DNA of 64,000 bases. Origin: Octopus sinensis (lineage: Eukaryota). Of the stretch, positions 13,290-27,285 are shown piece after piece. The notes beneath the pieces were generated by a model, which had not been told where the DNA came from, made no database searches, and was given only the letters and a program-made list of their open reading frames with translations. A program made the translations under genes and the position numbers. The stretch spans positions 64,418,001 through 64,482,000 of the forward strand of contig NC_043008.1 in the NCBI RefSeq assembly GCF_006345805.1, in the 5' to 3' direction. Numbering within the stretch: the first letter of the stretch is position 1; the number at the start of each line of letters is the position of its first letter.

Positions 13290-13510
13290 TTTTTTTGTTG
13301 TTGTTATTAAGAAGGGAGCTGGCAGAATCGTTAGCAAGCCAGACAAAACGCTTAGAAGCATTTCGTCCGTCTTGACGTACTGAGTTCAAATTCCACCAAG
13401 GTCGACTTTACCTTTCATCCTTTCGGGGTCGATAAAATAAGTACCAGTTGAGCACTGGAATCGATATATTCCCTCACAATTTCTGGCCTTGTGCCAAAAT
13501 TTGAAACCAA
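12958..13510 (+). mobile_element. two SINE A (short form) copies separated by (CTT)n(ATT)n
   Basis: GGCGGTGAGCTGGCAGA at 12958 and GGGAGCTGGCAGAATCGTTAGC at ~13314. Both end with GGCCTTG.GCCAAAAT.TGAA. Confidence 0.8.
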
Positions 13511-13764
13511 TATTTGAGGAATTTTCTGCATTTCCATTGTGCGTTCCTTATAGCATGCTCGCAAAGGGTTAAATGAATATATTTCTGAGGCATTGCTTTA
13601 CAGCCGGATACACTTCCTGTCGCTAACTCTAACTTGTTTTTCAAGTAAGGAATGTCTTATTTTACATTTTTGAAGACGCGAAGTGAGCTGGCGACTTGAT
13701 GATTTGTTGATAGAAATGGCAGAAACAGTACCACTTATACTGATTACCGTAAAGCGCAAATGTA

Positions 13765-13794
13765 GACAAACACACACGCACACGCACACACACA

Positions 13795-13881
<87 letters not shown>

Positions 13882-13895
13882 ACATACACACACAT
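13765..13895. repeat. (CA)n microsatellite
   Basis: Directly visible. Confidence 0.95.
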
Positions 13896-13904
13896 ATAAC
13901 CGAG

Positions 13905-14250
13905 GGTTTCAAATTTTGGCACAAGGCCAACGACTTCGTGGGAGGCGATAAGTCGATCTCATCGACCCCAATACTCAGCTACAACTTGTTTTATCGACCT
14001 CGAAAAGATGAGAGCCAAAGTCGACCTCGGCATAATTTGACAACTATGATGTTCATGATGTCGTTTAGCCCCAGAACACAAAGACAGACGGAATGCCGCT
14101 AAGCATTATTCTCGACTCGCCAACGATTCGGCCAGCTTTCCGCCATTGCTCAGAGTTATATTAGAAGACACTTGCTCAAGGCGCTACAAAGAGGAACGGT
14201 ATCCGTAATCTGGTGGTTGGTAAACAAACTTGTTAAACACACTGTCATGC
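13905..14250 (-). mobile_element. diverged SINE A copy plus SINE B head
   Basis: TTTCAAATTTTGGCACAAGGCC...AAAGTCGACCTCGGC, followed by AGAAGACACTTGCTCAAGG. Confidence 0.6.
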
Positions 14251-15877
14251 CTACACTTTTCCTTTGTTTACTATATATTACTTAAATATACTGCATCTTT
14301 TTAATTTTCTTTTTCCTATTTAAAGAGAAAAGGTGTACCGAAACATGCTGAGATTAAAATTAATATGAAGTCTGTTGTTGTATGAGACCATATGTCGTCA
14401 GCAACAATCATTTATGAAACAAGAAATCGTTTGTACGTTTACAATTTATTTAATCTTATATAACCAATTCACTGATGCAGTTTACTAGCTCTGTTGTCTG
14501 GCAAACTATTAAAATTTGCAACATATTGTATTATTCAATGTTTAAAATACCTGTAATATAATTTTATTACAATAGTTTATTAATTTTTAATGTGTGGCTA
14601 TATAAACAATTGTATTAAGCAGAAAATAACAAAATTCTATAAAGAATATATATCAAAAATATAGAAAGTATTTTCAATGATTAATTTTTGTTGCTGATAT
14701 TGTTAACTGTGGTTGATTTCTTAATCTTTAATCATCTGAAAACTAACGTATTCATTTTTATTCTTATCTTGTTTTTCCTTTTTCTGTTTAAAATAATTGC
14801 AATGTTGATTCGTTATTTCTATTCAGCTGTTATTTCTTTTAGCTTAGACAATGAGTTGAGTATTTAAGATCTTGTGAAGGCCCAATCATCAGGTTCAGTT
14901 TGCGAATTCGATTTCGATTTACAGGCCAAGCAGATCTGTAATGTTCTTGGACAAAACATTTCATTTCATGTTACTCCAGTCCACTCAGTTGAAAATGAAT
15001 CCAATCCGATCCAGGATGGAGCATCGTAGGCTGTCAGCTCTGAGTCTTGAAATGCAGGCTATTGATGGCTATTGATGACTACGTCCACTAGATAATGTTT
15101 TAAGACGTATGCCAGTAAATTGTTGATCATGAGTTCAAAGCTAGGCTACAGAAAAATAATTTATCAACTTTTTGGTATAACTATTTCTAATTTAGACACC
15201 AGTAAATTTGAAGAGGGGTAGAGTAGGTAATACTATCAAACTCAGCACTTGACTGGTAGATACTTTGTCTTATAGACTCCCAGAGATACGAGAGGCAAAT
15301 ATGACCTCGGTGACATTATGCTCATGATGGTAACAACAGAGAAGTTCGTAGAAGAATTCAATCTGTTCAATCGCTGTCGGAAACGACTGATCTAACATTT
15401 TGGACACTTCCTCATCACCTGAGAAAAACATAAAGTGAGTGTTGTAGCTTTGGCTTCAAGTATTCTTTCTTTATCTCTCTCTATATATACTCCTTACCTT
15501 CAAATGAAGAACAAAAGACCAAAATGTTAATTATTCACTCCTTCCAGCAACTGCGCTGACTTAACTCTTCTATGAATTATTCTACTGATTAGTTGTAGCT
15601 AAAGTAAGCCATCATCTTTATATATGGATTTTTGCTATTTAAAAAAGATGTAGTGGCTGATAACATTTTCTCTACAATTATCTTTGGTCTGGTGCACTTC
15701 CTCTTCTTTAACATTATGTCAATATATGTTGATGTGGAATATCTTTTTTGTATGAATCAAATGTCATAATTTCATCAGGACTACTGCCAGAATACTGTAA
15801 TTATTTTTGATGGATAGCATCAGGTTAGCCTTAATCTTGCAAATCTGTGATCAATGATTCATTATCTTCTCTTTTGG

Positions 15878-16116
15878 TGTATGTACGCATGTATGTATGT
15901 ATGTATGTATGTATGTATGTATGTATGTATGTATGTATGTATGTATGTATGTATGTATGTATGTATGCATGCATGCACGCATGCATGCTTGTATATATGT
16001 ATGTATGTATGTATGTATGCATGCATGCATGCATGTACGTATGTATGTACGTATGTATGTATGTATGTATGTATGTATGTATGTATGTATGTATGTATGT
16101 GTATGTGTGTGTGTGT
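15878..16116. repeat. (TATG)n/(CATG)n tetranucleotide microsatellite
   Basis: Directly visible. Confidence 0.97.
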
Positions 16117-18699
16117 ACTGAACTCCGAGAGAATGAAAGACAAGCTCAATCCCCACGGAATTTGAACTTAGAACAGAGATACGGACGAAAAGCCACTAAG
16201 CTTGTTGTCCGGCATGCTAACAATTCTGATGTTTTTCGGCCAATCACTATCGTAGAAGTGGTAAATTTAATAGGGAAGTTGTGTGAATTCCAGCCAAATT
16301 TATTTCCGAGGTTTCTGGAAGCTTTGCCTGAGTGTTTTAAAAAGCTAGTTTATTGAACCCCCAAACAGAGAGACCTTAAGTGCCACAGAGCTCTGTCACT
16401 CAGCTCCTTGTAAGGTATTTTCATTTTCTTTTCGCCTACTTGTTTTTCATAGTATACTTTGTATCTCATGTCCAGCAAAAGGTGATGAACATTGTACTGT
16501 AATGCTGACATGAATAAACATCTATATACACGCAATCTCTTTCCATATAATTGCCTGCCTTATTCTGTTTATAATATAATGAACAATTATCACATACCAG
16601 TTTCAACTAAAACATTGTTTCTATCATACGTAGCATAAACTTATAAACATTAAATACACAGCAATCAATTCATTGTATACATATAAATACAACTGTGTGA
16701 AATAATATATATGGGAATGCTAAAACATTAATTGTTGGGTAACTCATGTTTAAGAACGCAGCATCTTATCTGAACCTATTACTTCCTGTAATTATCTAAT
16801 TAACATGTCCAATCCCCAAAATAATGAATTGAGAATTTAAAATCTTGTGAAGGCACATTGTCTAGTGGTTAGGCTGTTAGATTCACAATTATCATGTCCA
16901 GCTTGCGGGTTCGATTTCCAGGCTGGCCCTGACGTTAATTATGACAGACAGTGTAAATATTGTTGATAAGAGAAAAATAGATTTTTTTTGGTGAAGAAAT
17001 TGCCAACGTTTTCCTTTCCCTAATAAGCTATGATTATCTCGTTATCTTGAAAGACGTAGCAATGCATTACCCAATATGACCTTCGGTTTTCAATATGTTA
17101 AATTGCAGTTTGGGGGAGATTAGGCCGTTCTTTCTTGTTGTCCGAGTTGCAACATAGTGGCTTTCCTGTTGACTATAAAATCCAGATTCATGCAGCAGCG
17201 AGCGTGGAAGGAGGCAGTGGATACCACAGGGTCATACATTGTATTTAATGCCTCAAACATGGGAGGGCTGGACAATATTAAGCAATCCAAGAGAATACTT
17301 AGAAACCCTTTCATGCACTCAAATCTTAACTTATTCTATAAAACCCATAAAAAAGGATGCATTGCCTCATATTACAATTAAGTAATGGGAATACGAAGCA
17401 TAAAAAATATCTTAGAGGTTAACATATTCCACATTTCAAATTCTAAGTGGACACTGGAGATCGATAAAAAACATGAAGTTCATGATTATTAAGTAAAAAT
17501 ATTGATTTCTTGTATATATACAGAACCTCAGATTTATAGGGAATGTGAATAGAAATGCTGTGATGTTCAGTCCGTTTCCAAAGTAATCAGTGCAAGATCT
17601 GTATTGAAGTACCTCCAACTTTGAGTCAAAACAAACTTGCGGATTATTCTCATGAGAAAGCTTCGCTTTAATCTACAAGCGTGACCATTGCTGAATAGAA
17701 AAAGTACAAAATAAATATTTAAGAATATTTTCTTTTCTGTTCTTTTCTTCTATTGTCTTTTTTTTTTTGCCAATTTCACATTTCCCTGATACCAATTATG
17801 TTCTTCTACCTTAATTATTCATGTAGTGATGTAATTTCAGCAAAACCAAAAACAAGAATTACGTTGTAAATGAAGAACAGAAAGTAAATTAAAGTAATAC
17901 GGAAAATTTTGGAAAGCAAATATGATAAAAATTTAAATTACCAACAATGAAGTAGATTTCATGATTGTATTTCGACGAAAAACAAAATGGTTTAGCTTTA
18001 AAATAAATGGTAATATATTTGGAACAAATTATGTAATCAGTGTGAAATGAGGGGATGGGAAATTTCAGCAATTGGTTCCTAAAACAAATCTTTATTTTTC
18101 TCTTATTAAGAATATTTAGCGTATCTCTCATAGTGAGTGTATTTGATATAATTATTATTCAAAATTATGTTCTTAAACAACAATAACAACGATGATATAT
18201 TTGGGCATGCAATTTCATATATAACCATGTGAATGTATGTTGTTACATAACGAACGGTTCTCATTGTTCGATAGACGAGATTATACATTCCGCATTCATT
18301 GACTTATAGTATATGCACAAAAGCACGCAACATATACACACACACTCCACACAGATACACACCCATGTACACAAACAGGAGACTACATACCTACATACAA
18401 GTTCTGTTCAGAGAAACCGAAACTCTATCTGAGAAATTCACTGTTTAAATCTCAAATTTATCAGATTTATCTCCATCAAAACAGTCCCTTCACTCTTAAT
18501 ATTCCTCTCTTTTTTACCCAGTTTTGAAACATTTAACATAATGCGATTTTAAGTATTTGCCCACAGCTCTTGCAGTGAAATTTTTACAGTCATTGTTATT
18601 TAAAATTGGTTACCTTCCAAACTAGATTTGAAATTTGAGAACAACAGAAGTTAATAGGGACCCGATCGATAGATAATTTTGTTGGGGGTCCACAGTATC

Positions 18700-19830
18700 A
18701 CGGATAAAGCATGATGTGTGAGCAGATGAGTTGTCCTGGTGCAGCATCTAAATTTTGTTTATTCATGTCTCGGTTCTCTTCCATTTCACTGCCTTTCTAA
18801 AAAGCTTCAGGGCATAAAATTGTAATCACATGAAATACATTCATGATACACGACAACCTTCTACTCTGAAAAATCAGTCAACATATTCTTACATTTTATG
18901 GGGCTGTGAGTGATATCCTATATTTGGTTATGATGATATTGTTCTAAACTGAAGGCGGCGTGCTGGAAGAAACGTTAGCACGCCGGGTGAAATGCTTAGC
19001 GGGATTTCGTCTGCCGCTACATTCTGAGTTCAAATTCCGTCGAGGTCGACTTTGCCTTTCATCCTTTCGGGGCCGAATAAAGAAGTACCATTTACGCACT
19101 GGGGTCGATGTAATCGACTTAATCCGTTTGTCTGTCCTTGTTCGTCCCCTCTGTGTTTAGCCCCTTGTGGGTAGTAAAGAAATAGGTATTTCGTCTGCCA
19201 CTACGTTGTGAGTTCAAATTCCGCCGAGGTCGACTTTGCTTTTCATCCTTTCGGGGTCGATTAAATAAGTACCAGTCACGCACTGGGGTCGATATAATCG
19301 ACTAATCCATTTGTCTGTCCTTGTTTGTCTCTGTGTGTAGACCCTTGTGGGCAGTAAAGAAATAGATATTGTTCTAAACTTCACTTCCCACTTTGCAATG
19401 ATTGCCTGTTTGCTTCGACTTCTCTGCCTTGCACACACGTTGATACATTCCAAAAAAGGATTTCATCAGCTTTTGAGCGATCAAACAGCAAGATCATATT
19501 CTTGTTAGTGCGGCACAAATTTTCAGTAGCACGATGCCTCTTCAACTTTCCTATAAGAATCTTGTGGTACGAATTTTTACAGATGCTAACTCCATCGGAA
19601 AACCACGCCTACACAGTTTTGCATTGTAATCGACGTCCATTGTCACGGAAGCTGTTCTGATTTGGTATCGTCTTCCGTACATGGTCTTTGCGACTGAAAA
19701 TTTGATCCCATTTGTAACACTGCATGCAGACCGAAACTCATTCCCATAAACCTTCCGCGTAAGTTTATCTAATTTGTATCCTTTAATACTGGATTAACGT
19801 CAAATAAATAGTCTCGTGCATTCACCATGC
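18700..19830 (-). mobile_element. decayed mariner transposase, interrupted by a SINE dimer
   Basis: Minus-strand motifs appear in the expected order: RKVYGNE, EDDTKSEQ (like EDDPRSGRP), KFVPH (like WVPH), KNMLTDF..KVVVYHEC and MLHQDNSSAHTS (like LHHDNAPAH). Confidence 0.7.
18954..19364 (+). mobile_element. SINE A dimer flanked by a 16-bp TSD
   Basis: A full unit plus a second unit starting at GGTATTTCGTCTG. GATATTGTTCTAAACT occurs at both 18935-18950 and 19365-19380. Confidence 0.9.
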
Positions 19831-20089
19831 GTTCTCTCCAGCAGATCGACTATTAATTGTGACAATTAAGTGATGTGGCAGGAAGAAACTATCACAAGTC
19901 TGAAGGTCAAGTTTACTCATAAACATCGCTATAGACTCAAGCAAAACGTGTCGGCTGGTTGGTATATTGGTTAAAAGACCGGTTTCTATTCTGGAAAAAT
20001 CATTTTCGCTGATAGAAGAACAAAGAACAAATTGAAGGCTGAGTTACAGTCAGTCAGGAGATACTTAATGATCGGTACGCTGATATTCT

Positions 20090-20298
20090 CTTTCTTTCTC
20101 TTTTACTTGTTTCAGTCATTTGACTGCGTCCATGCTGGAGCACCGCCTTTAGTCGAGCAAACCGACCCCAGGACTTATTCTTTGTAAGCCCAGTACTTAT
20201 TCTATCGGTCTCTTTTGCCGAACCGCTAAGTGACGGGTACGTAAACACACCAGCATCGGTTGTCAAGCAATGCTAGGGGGACAAACACAGACACACAA

Positions 20299-20343
<45 letters not shown>

Positions 20344-20536
20344 TATATACATATATATATATATACATATATACGACAGGCTTCTTTCAGTTTCCGTCTA
20401 CCAAATCCATTCACAAGGCATTGGTCGGCCCGGGGCTATAGCAGAAGACACTTGCCCAAGGTGCCACGCAGTGGGACTGAACCTGGAACCATGTGGTTGG
20501 TTAGCAAGCTACTTACCACACAGCCACTCCTGCGCC
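20090..20536 (-). mobile_element. full-length SINE B
   Basis: Minus-strand head GGCGCAGGAGTGGCTGTGTGGTAAG...GGTTCAGTCCC, an internal (TA)n run and a tail GTAAAAGAGAAAGAG. Confidence 0.9.
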
Positions 20537-22489
20537 TACATATGTACCTAGCTTCTTTGTTCTGAATTCAAATTCTACCAAGGTCACATATTAGCCTTTC
20601 ATCCTTTTAGGGGCATTGAAATAAGTACCAGTCAAATACTTGGGTCTCTATAATTAACTTTGCATTACCTTCAAAACTACTGGCCCTGTGCCAAAATTTA
20701 TAAATATTACTAAAAATGTCTCGATCATACCTTAATGGCTAATTCTCGGGCAAGTTATATTTTTTATTCTAGAAAATTTAATTGAAATTAAAAGTTTTGG
20801 TTAGCAATATTTTTTCTCTGTTTAAAACTATGTGATATGTTTTTTTTTAAATATTAAAAGTTTAAATTCAGATCACAATTTCTTGCTCTTATAAAGTTTT
20901 AATTCCTTAAATACTTTTAATTTTTTTTTGTTTTATATTACTAATTAGGGAAAAAATCAGCCCTAATTCAATTTACATAATATAGTTTTTGAAACACTTC
21001 TTTTTCCCTAAATTAAAATTTCACTGGCGTTCTTCCAGATCTAATGGATCAATAATTACCCACTGGATAATTATGGTGTTTCCAGCTAATTTTTATCTGT
21101 TAAGTATTATCAAATCATCAACCTATCTTTCATTTAATTTAAATCGCACCTGATCTAATCGTCTAATTGTTTCACTTGATGATGATAACGGTGGTAATCT
21201 TGATAATAAAAATAATCATTAGATTTAGAGTCTTCCTTTCTTATCTATAAACATTCGTTTCCCTTTCTCTGATACATTTGATATATATCTTTTATATCCT
21301 AAACCTGTGGCCCATTAACCAACTTATCATTATATTCACATTATACATCAATTTAAGATATACATTAAATTTAAAATACACATCTCACTCATAAATTCAA
21401 TGATTGCCACAGGTTGTGATAATGCTGCTATCAATAATGATCTCTAATTAAAAACATTAATTGTTCAGTTTTTAATGATATCCTTTCATCTTATTTGTTT
21501 ATTTGTATCTTATCTCTATCGCTGTGTTATGTCATTAACCTGACTATCCGATGTTGTTATACTCGCTAGCCACAATGCGCTTCCTCACATTGTTATAGAT
21601 TTCAAAGGGTGCCACCCCACTGGCTAGGCAAACAAGCCAACATTCCTCGTGAAGAGAACGTTAACCAATTACTGAAGCAATGTGAAATGAAATATTTTGG
21701 TTAAGAATACAAAACGATAGAGAAAAATGTTTACATTCTTATATTTTCCTTTCACAGTTAGGCTTTCTAATATCTAAATTTATATAAATCATTCTGTCTC
21801 ATGCTGAGTTAAACATAAAGCACATCGCAAAATTAGTAATCAGCAGTCAAATGCACAAATATGTAAATCTAGCAATTTATTAAATTTATGGCTAAATTTA
21901 TGACTAGTATAGTTGAATATTCTGTTCTATAGCTTGGTGAAGAGAATTAAGTTATCCTCTGAGGAACAATCAGTAAACTGCAAAAGGAGTCTTTCCAATC
22001 AACACATCAAGAGCATTGAAGGAATATGTTTACCTTTATATGTATTTTTTCACAGCTACTCTTTTTAATACATAGATTTATATCAGCCATTTTGAGTCAT
22101 GTTGTGTTGTGTATGATGCATACACAGACACAGAGACATACACAGACAGACACATGTATAGACACATACACATGTAGACATACGTATAGACGCACGCACA
22201 CACACATAAATACATATACATACACACACGTACGTACTTACATAGTTTTCTTCTTTCCTTGAACCTCTAACTTCTGAAGGATTAAAAGTGAGGTACCATA
22301 AGGATATATTTCTCTCCAGATTTGATCGTTGTTAGTTTGTTCTAGAAATAGACATAAAGAGAGAGAAAGTCAGAGAGGAAGTCATGATAGGTAAACTGGG
22401 CTGTGTATATTTTACCAAAGTGTCGCTTTTATGTCCGTTGCTCTCACATTCAATAATAAGAATAAGAATAAGAATAAGAATAAAGTAAA

Positions 22490-23105
22490 AGTAGCATGCT
22501 GGCACAGAAAGAATACAGGAAAAAATATGACAATCTAGGGAGAGTATTCCACTGGGAGCTATGTAGAAAGCTCGGATTTGGACATACTGATAAACGGTAT
22601 GAACATGGACTTAGTAAATTACTAGAAAGTAAGAAATAGAAGTTATTGTTTGACTTTGACATTCAAACTGACAGATTAGTAGAAACTAGAAGGCCCGATT
22701 TGATAGTAGTAGGTAAAGAGAATAGAAAGTGCCAGATAACTGAATTTATAGTCCCAAATGATGAAAAATTAATATGAGAGATATAGAAAAAATAGCAAAG
22801 TACCAGGACCTAGTTTTTGAATTACAGAGACTATGGGAAGTGCGGGTAAAACGTATTTCGGTATTTATAGGTGCATTGGAGAATATCCCTAAAGATCTGA
22901 ACAGATGGATAGAGAAAATAGGCATAAAACCCAGTTTAGTACAGCTGCAGAAAACTGTGTTATTAGGGAGAGCAAGGATACTTAGGAGGGTTCTTGGCAT
23001 CTAACGTCTTCATTTACTTCTCTGGTCGCTATCGCAAAGTCGAACTGGTTTCGACTGTTATTGCCTGCCACGCTTTCGTTGTTGCCTTTTTCATTAGGAA
23101 TATTG
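22490..23105 (+). mobile_element. 5'-truncated R4/Dong-like non-LTR retrotransposon, restriction-like endonuclease C-terminus and 3' UTR
   Basis: LAQKEYRKKYDNLGRVFHWELCRK...FDFDIQTDRLVETRRPDLIVV...VPND/RDIEKIAKYQDL...IGAL...QLQKTVLLGRARILRRVLGI* (stop at 23004). One internal stop and one frameshift. Confidence 0.85.
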
Positions 23106-23124
23106 ATGCTGTTGTCGTCGTCGT

Positions 23125-23669
23125 CTTCTTCTTCTTCTTCTTCTTCTTCTTCTTCTTCTTCTTCTTCTTCTTCTTCTTCTTCTTCTCCTTCTTCCAATCA
23201 GGACTCACGCCATAAGCCACAAAGAATAATCTCTAATTCGAGCCTACTCTAAAGTATTAAGAATGCGTGTGACAGCTTGACGATCCACCCACGACACGCG
23301 ATAAACTGGCGGTTACACGGGCGCAAAAGCTACATTGTTATCCTCATTCCGTAAACGGTGGCTTTTAACGGGTGGAGAGCTGAACCATCCTGGGGTACAG
23401 AGGATTCGCAATCTAGATTGGGGTCTGAAAGTTTTACCACACCATAATGGGTTACACCATGGTTCCTCTGCTTTGTGACAGAAGTAGGAAGAAAGAGTGA
23501 GAGAAAGTTGTGGTGAAAGAGTACAGCAGGGTTCACTACTACCCCTCGCCGGAGCTTCGTGGAGCTTAGGTGTTTTTGCTCAATAAACACTCACAATGCC
23601 CGGTCTGGGAATCGAAACCACGATCATACGACCGCGAGTCCACTGCCCTAACCACTGGGCCATTGTGCC
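23125..23669 (-). mobile_element. SINE family C copy with (GAA)n tail
   Basis: Colinear with 5930-6444. tRNA-like head GGCACAATGGCCCAGTGGTTAGGG. Confidence 0.85.
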
Positions 23670-24209
23670 GCTACTGTTGTTGTTGGTGGTAGTGGTGGTG
23701 GACCTACTGCTGCCACCAGCGATGGCGGTTATGGTGGCAATGTTGTCGCTTATGTTGTTGCATTTTGTCATAATTTTTTTCTTTGTTCCTGGGTTGGTTA
23801 AGATGGTGGTAAAGCAAGGGAAAATTGCTTTCATAGACCTCACGTGTGCTATAGTTGTTGTTGCTGCTGTTTCCGTTACAGCCGTCATTATCTTTTACGA
23901 CTCAGCTGTTCTCTATTCTGGATGGCCGGTTTTTCTTTTCAGAAGGCGGACAATTCTCGTTTGCTATATTTTCCTTTTAGCAAAAGAAAAAAAAATGAGG
24001 GTAGTCTTAGCCCAAACAAACACCAAAATATCCGCTACAGGCTGCTGATGAAGAAGACCTAATCAGCTCCTCAGAGTCCTGGTTAGTTTAACAAAGTAAC
24101 GAGGACAAATGTACAAGGTCAAACAATGTGTAACAATATGAACAGCAAAACTTACAGAGTGACAACATCACACGTCTCGATAGACGAACAATAATAATTA
24201 TAAGCCTAT

Positions 24210-24766
24210 AGGCAAAAGGCCTAAAACTTGTGAGGAGGGATAGTTGACTACATCGACCTCAATACTCAACTGGTACTTATTTTATCAACTCCGAAAGGAC
24301 AAAAAGCAAAGTCGACCTCGGTGGAATTTGAACTCAGAACACGAAGACAGATGAAATACAGCTAAGCATTTCGCCTGGCATGCTAATGATAATTCTTTTA
24401 CTCTTTTATCCTTTTATTTGTTTGTCATTTGACTGCGGCCATGCTGGAGCACCGCCTTTAGTCGAGCAAATCGACCCCAGGACTTATTCTTTGTAAGCCT
24501 AGTACTTATTCAATCGGTCCCTCTTGCCGAACCGCTAAGTTACGAGGACGTAAACACACCAGCATCGGTTGTCAAGCGATGTTGGGGAGACAAACATATA
24601 TATATATGACGGGCTTCTTTCAGTTTCCGTCTACCAAATCCACTCACAAGGTTTTGGTTGGCCCGAGGCTATAGTAGAAGTCAGTTGGCCAAGGTGTCCT
24701 GCAGTAGGACTGAACTCAAAACCATGTGGTTGGTAAGCAAGCTACTTACCACACACCCACTCCTGC
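24210..24766 (-). mobile_element. SINE A fragment followed by a SINE B copy
   Basis: AAAGTCGACCTCGGTGGAATTTGAACTCAGAAC (family A, minus), then the family B body ending ...CCACTCCTGCG. Confidence 0.8.
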
Positions 24767-24767
24767 G

Positions 24768-24817
<50 letters not shown>

Positions 24818-24870
24818 TATTATTATTATTATTATTATAATAATTATAATAATAATAATGATAATAATAA
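24767..24870. repeat. (TAA)n/(TTA)n microsatellite
   Basis: Directly visible. Confidence 0.95.
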
Positions 24871-25825
24871 AATTTAAAGAAGTTATTTAACCACATAGCT
24901 ATGCTGGTGAATACAGTTTAATTCATAGAAACTGTGAGAGAAAAACAACCATTAAAATAGGCATAAGATGCTAGTTTTAGTTTCACTGGTATATATTTAC
25001 GTTCATGAGTTTCTGAGTGTACATGTATGTGTAAGTGTGAGTGTACGTGTGTGTATGCATGCTTGAGTATGTGTGTGTTTTTACTGAAATACATACAAAA
25101 AAATAGGAGTTTTTCTTGTTCATATGTTTAGAAACAGGCATCTATTTTGACACAACACAATTTGTCTTTATTGTCATAAAGTATGCAGACAAATTGATAT
25201 TTGCTAACATTTTCAGTCTGTTTAAAATAAGAATAAAACAACGTAAAGAAAAATTAGACCAAATTGTTGTCTGATATATCATCTATTATCTACTTAAATG
25301 ATGGCTACGATTGATAAATAGAATTTACACAAGCGAACAAAAAGATTTATTTATTTTGTTTAAGGTGTAAATTTAGATTACAAACAATTTGAGAACTTCA
25401 ATATGGCACTAAGATGTTTGGAAATTTGTTAATTTTTTTTTTTGTATTTTCTTTTGTATGAATATTTGCTTTTAAAGTAATATATTTTTTTGTTGTTTTT
25501 TTTTTAAAAAATAAGGTATAAAAGTAATATACTATTTAAAGATAATTGTTTTGTGTTTTATTGAAAAATATTACCGAAATTGATAGGTATTGGTTCAAAG
25601 TTTTAAGATTTTCAACAAATCATCATACTAAAACTGCTATTGCGTTCCTGGTTTTGTACTATTTTTAGATGTTTTCGACATGTGTTGTTTGTGATTAACA
25701 TTGTTAGGTGCCTGATTCATCCTTGATATGCAAAAATCACGTCTCAAACATGACCACTACAAACCACAATCATTTCTCTTATCACCAACGTTGCCTCCAC
25801 TATCTACAATACCCTTTCTACTCCT

Positions 25826-25854
25826 CCTCATCATCATCATTAATAGCATCATTG

Positions 25855-25895
<41 letters not shown>

Positions 25896-26196
25896 GTCGT
25901 CGTCGTCATCATCATCATCATCATCATCATCGTCATCGTCATTATCATCATCATCATCGTCGGTGTCGTCATTGTCATCATCGTCATTGCCCTCATCGTC
26001 CCTGTCACCTTCATCACCACCACCAGTACACCATTATCATCACCTTCACCTCCATCAACATCGTCATCATCATTCTCGTCGCTATTACGACCAATGTCAT
26101 CTCCATCATCATCGTCGTCATCATTCCCCTCATCCTCATCCTCCTCGTCCTCGTCACCACCACGATCATCACCACCTCCATCATCTTCAGCATCAT

Positions 26197-26245
<49 letters not shown>

Positions 26246-26262
26246 TTCATCATCATCATCAA
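25826..26262. repeat. degenerate (CAT)n microsatellite
   Basis: Directly visible. Confidence 0.95.
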
Positions 26263-27285
26263 CAACATTCTACTACTTAAGCAATTTGATTTGAAACCTG
26301 TTGAAAATCTTTTTCGCTATATGATAACATATTTGGGTTATGAAAGGAATTTCCTTTGTCTAGAATTGTTAACAAATGCTTTAATTTATGAAGCTCTGCA
26401 TAACAGTTATTAGAACCTCTGGTAATGTTACCAATAAATAAACAAGTGTTCTATATATAGAAAACTTCATCCCACATCTATGCATTTCCCTGAAATTGGA
26501 GCTAAGCACCAATTTAGATTCTTTTGATAACGACCTACCAAGGATATCTCTGATCTTATAATGCATAATCACTAGTTTTGGTTGTGGAATAATTAAAAAA
26601 TTAAATGAAACACATTGATTGAATGTTTCATTGAAGTATTATTTCAAATTTTGGCTCAAGGCCATCAGTTTTAGGAGAGGGGTTAAATCAATTACACCGA
26701 CTACAGTGTTCAACTAGTGCTTATTTTATCGACCTCCAAAAAGATGAAAAGCAAAGTCGAACCCGGTGGCATTTGAATCGTGAAATTAATGTGTAAGTGA
26801 CATTCCACAGACACGTGTACCTTTAACATAGATTTCAACGAGATTCAGCGTGATACAGAGTGGGACAAGGCTGGCCCTTTGAAATACGGGTACAATTCAG
26901 CTGAGTGGACTGCAGCAATATGAAATAAAGTCTCTTGCTCAAGGACACACCGCGTCGCCGGAAGTAAGCTACGCACCTTCACACATGAACAACTCACCAC
27001 GAATTAAAATCTTACTCTGTTTTTCTAGTTCTTATTCTTCTGCTCTTGTCCATCACAAATTATAATATCAATAAGAATATTTGGATGTTGCACGAGTTGA
27101 AAGGGGCATAGAAGTTGTATATTCATGTAATATTTACTTTTGAATTATGTAGTTATTTTCATTAGAAGTATTTATAATAGAAACTATATAGCAAAACTTT
27201 ATTAAAAAAACGACACTAATCTCAATATCTAGTTCAAATAAGGGAGAGAACTCACATATCATGAGATGCACTACGTTATTAATAT

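Noticed and set aside
17120-17640. Possible exon or NeSL/R2-like LINE fragment (LYLMP/GGL motif)
   Set aside because: The motif is too short and frameshifted, and no credible splice-bounded ORF is present.
20260-20565. Recurrent ORFs such as RQASFSFRLPNP...RHLPKVPRSGTEP and MRNWYLIYRPRKDERQSRPRRN
   Set aside because: They recur because they are translations of SINE B and SINE A copies, not a gene family.
23595-23669. Possible tRNA gene (also at 6370-6444, 16850-16930 and 55433-55510)
   Set aside because: A and B boxes are present but there is no convincing cloverleaf, and each continues into a SINE body.
24044-24060. CTGATGA motif (also at 11135 and 45727)
   Set aside because: No downstream stem II, GAAA or stem I complement; a 7-mer is expected by chance.
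25708-26280. Poly-Ser/His/Ile/Met ORFs here and at 5269, 11707, 36080 and 38307
   Set aside because: Stop-free frames through (CAT)n or (TTA)n repeats that are open in several frames on both strands.
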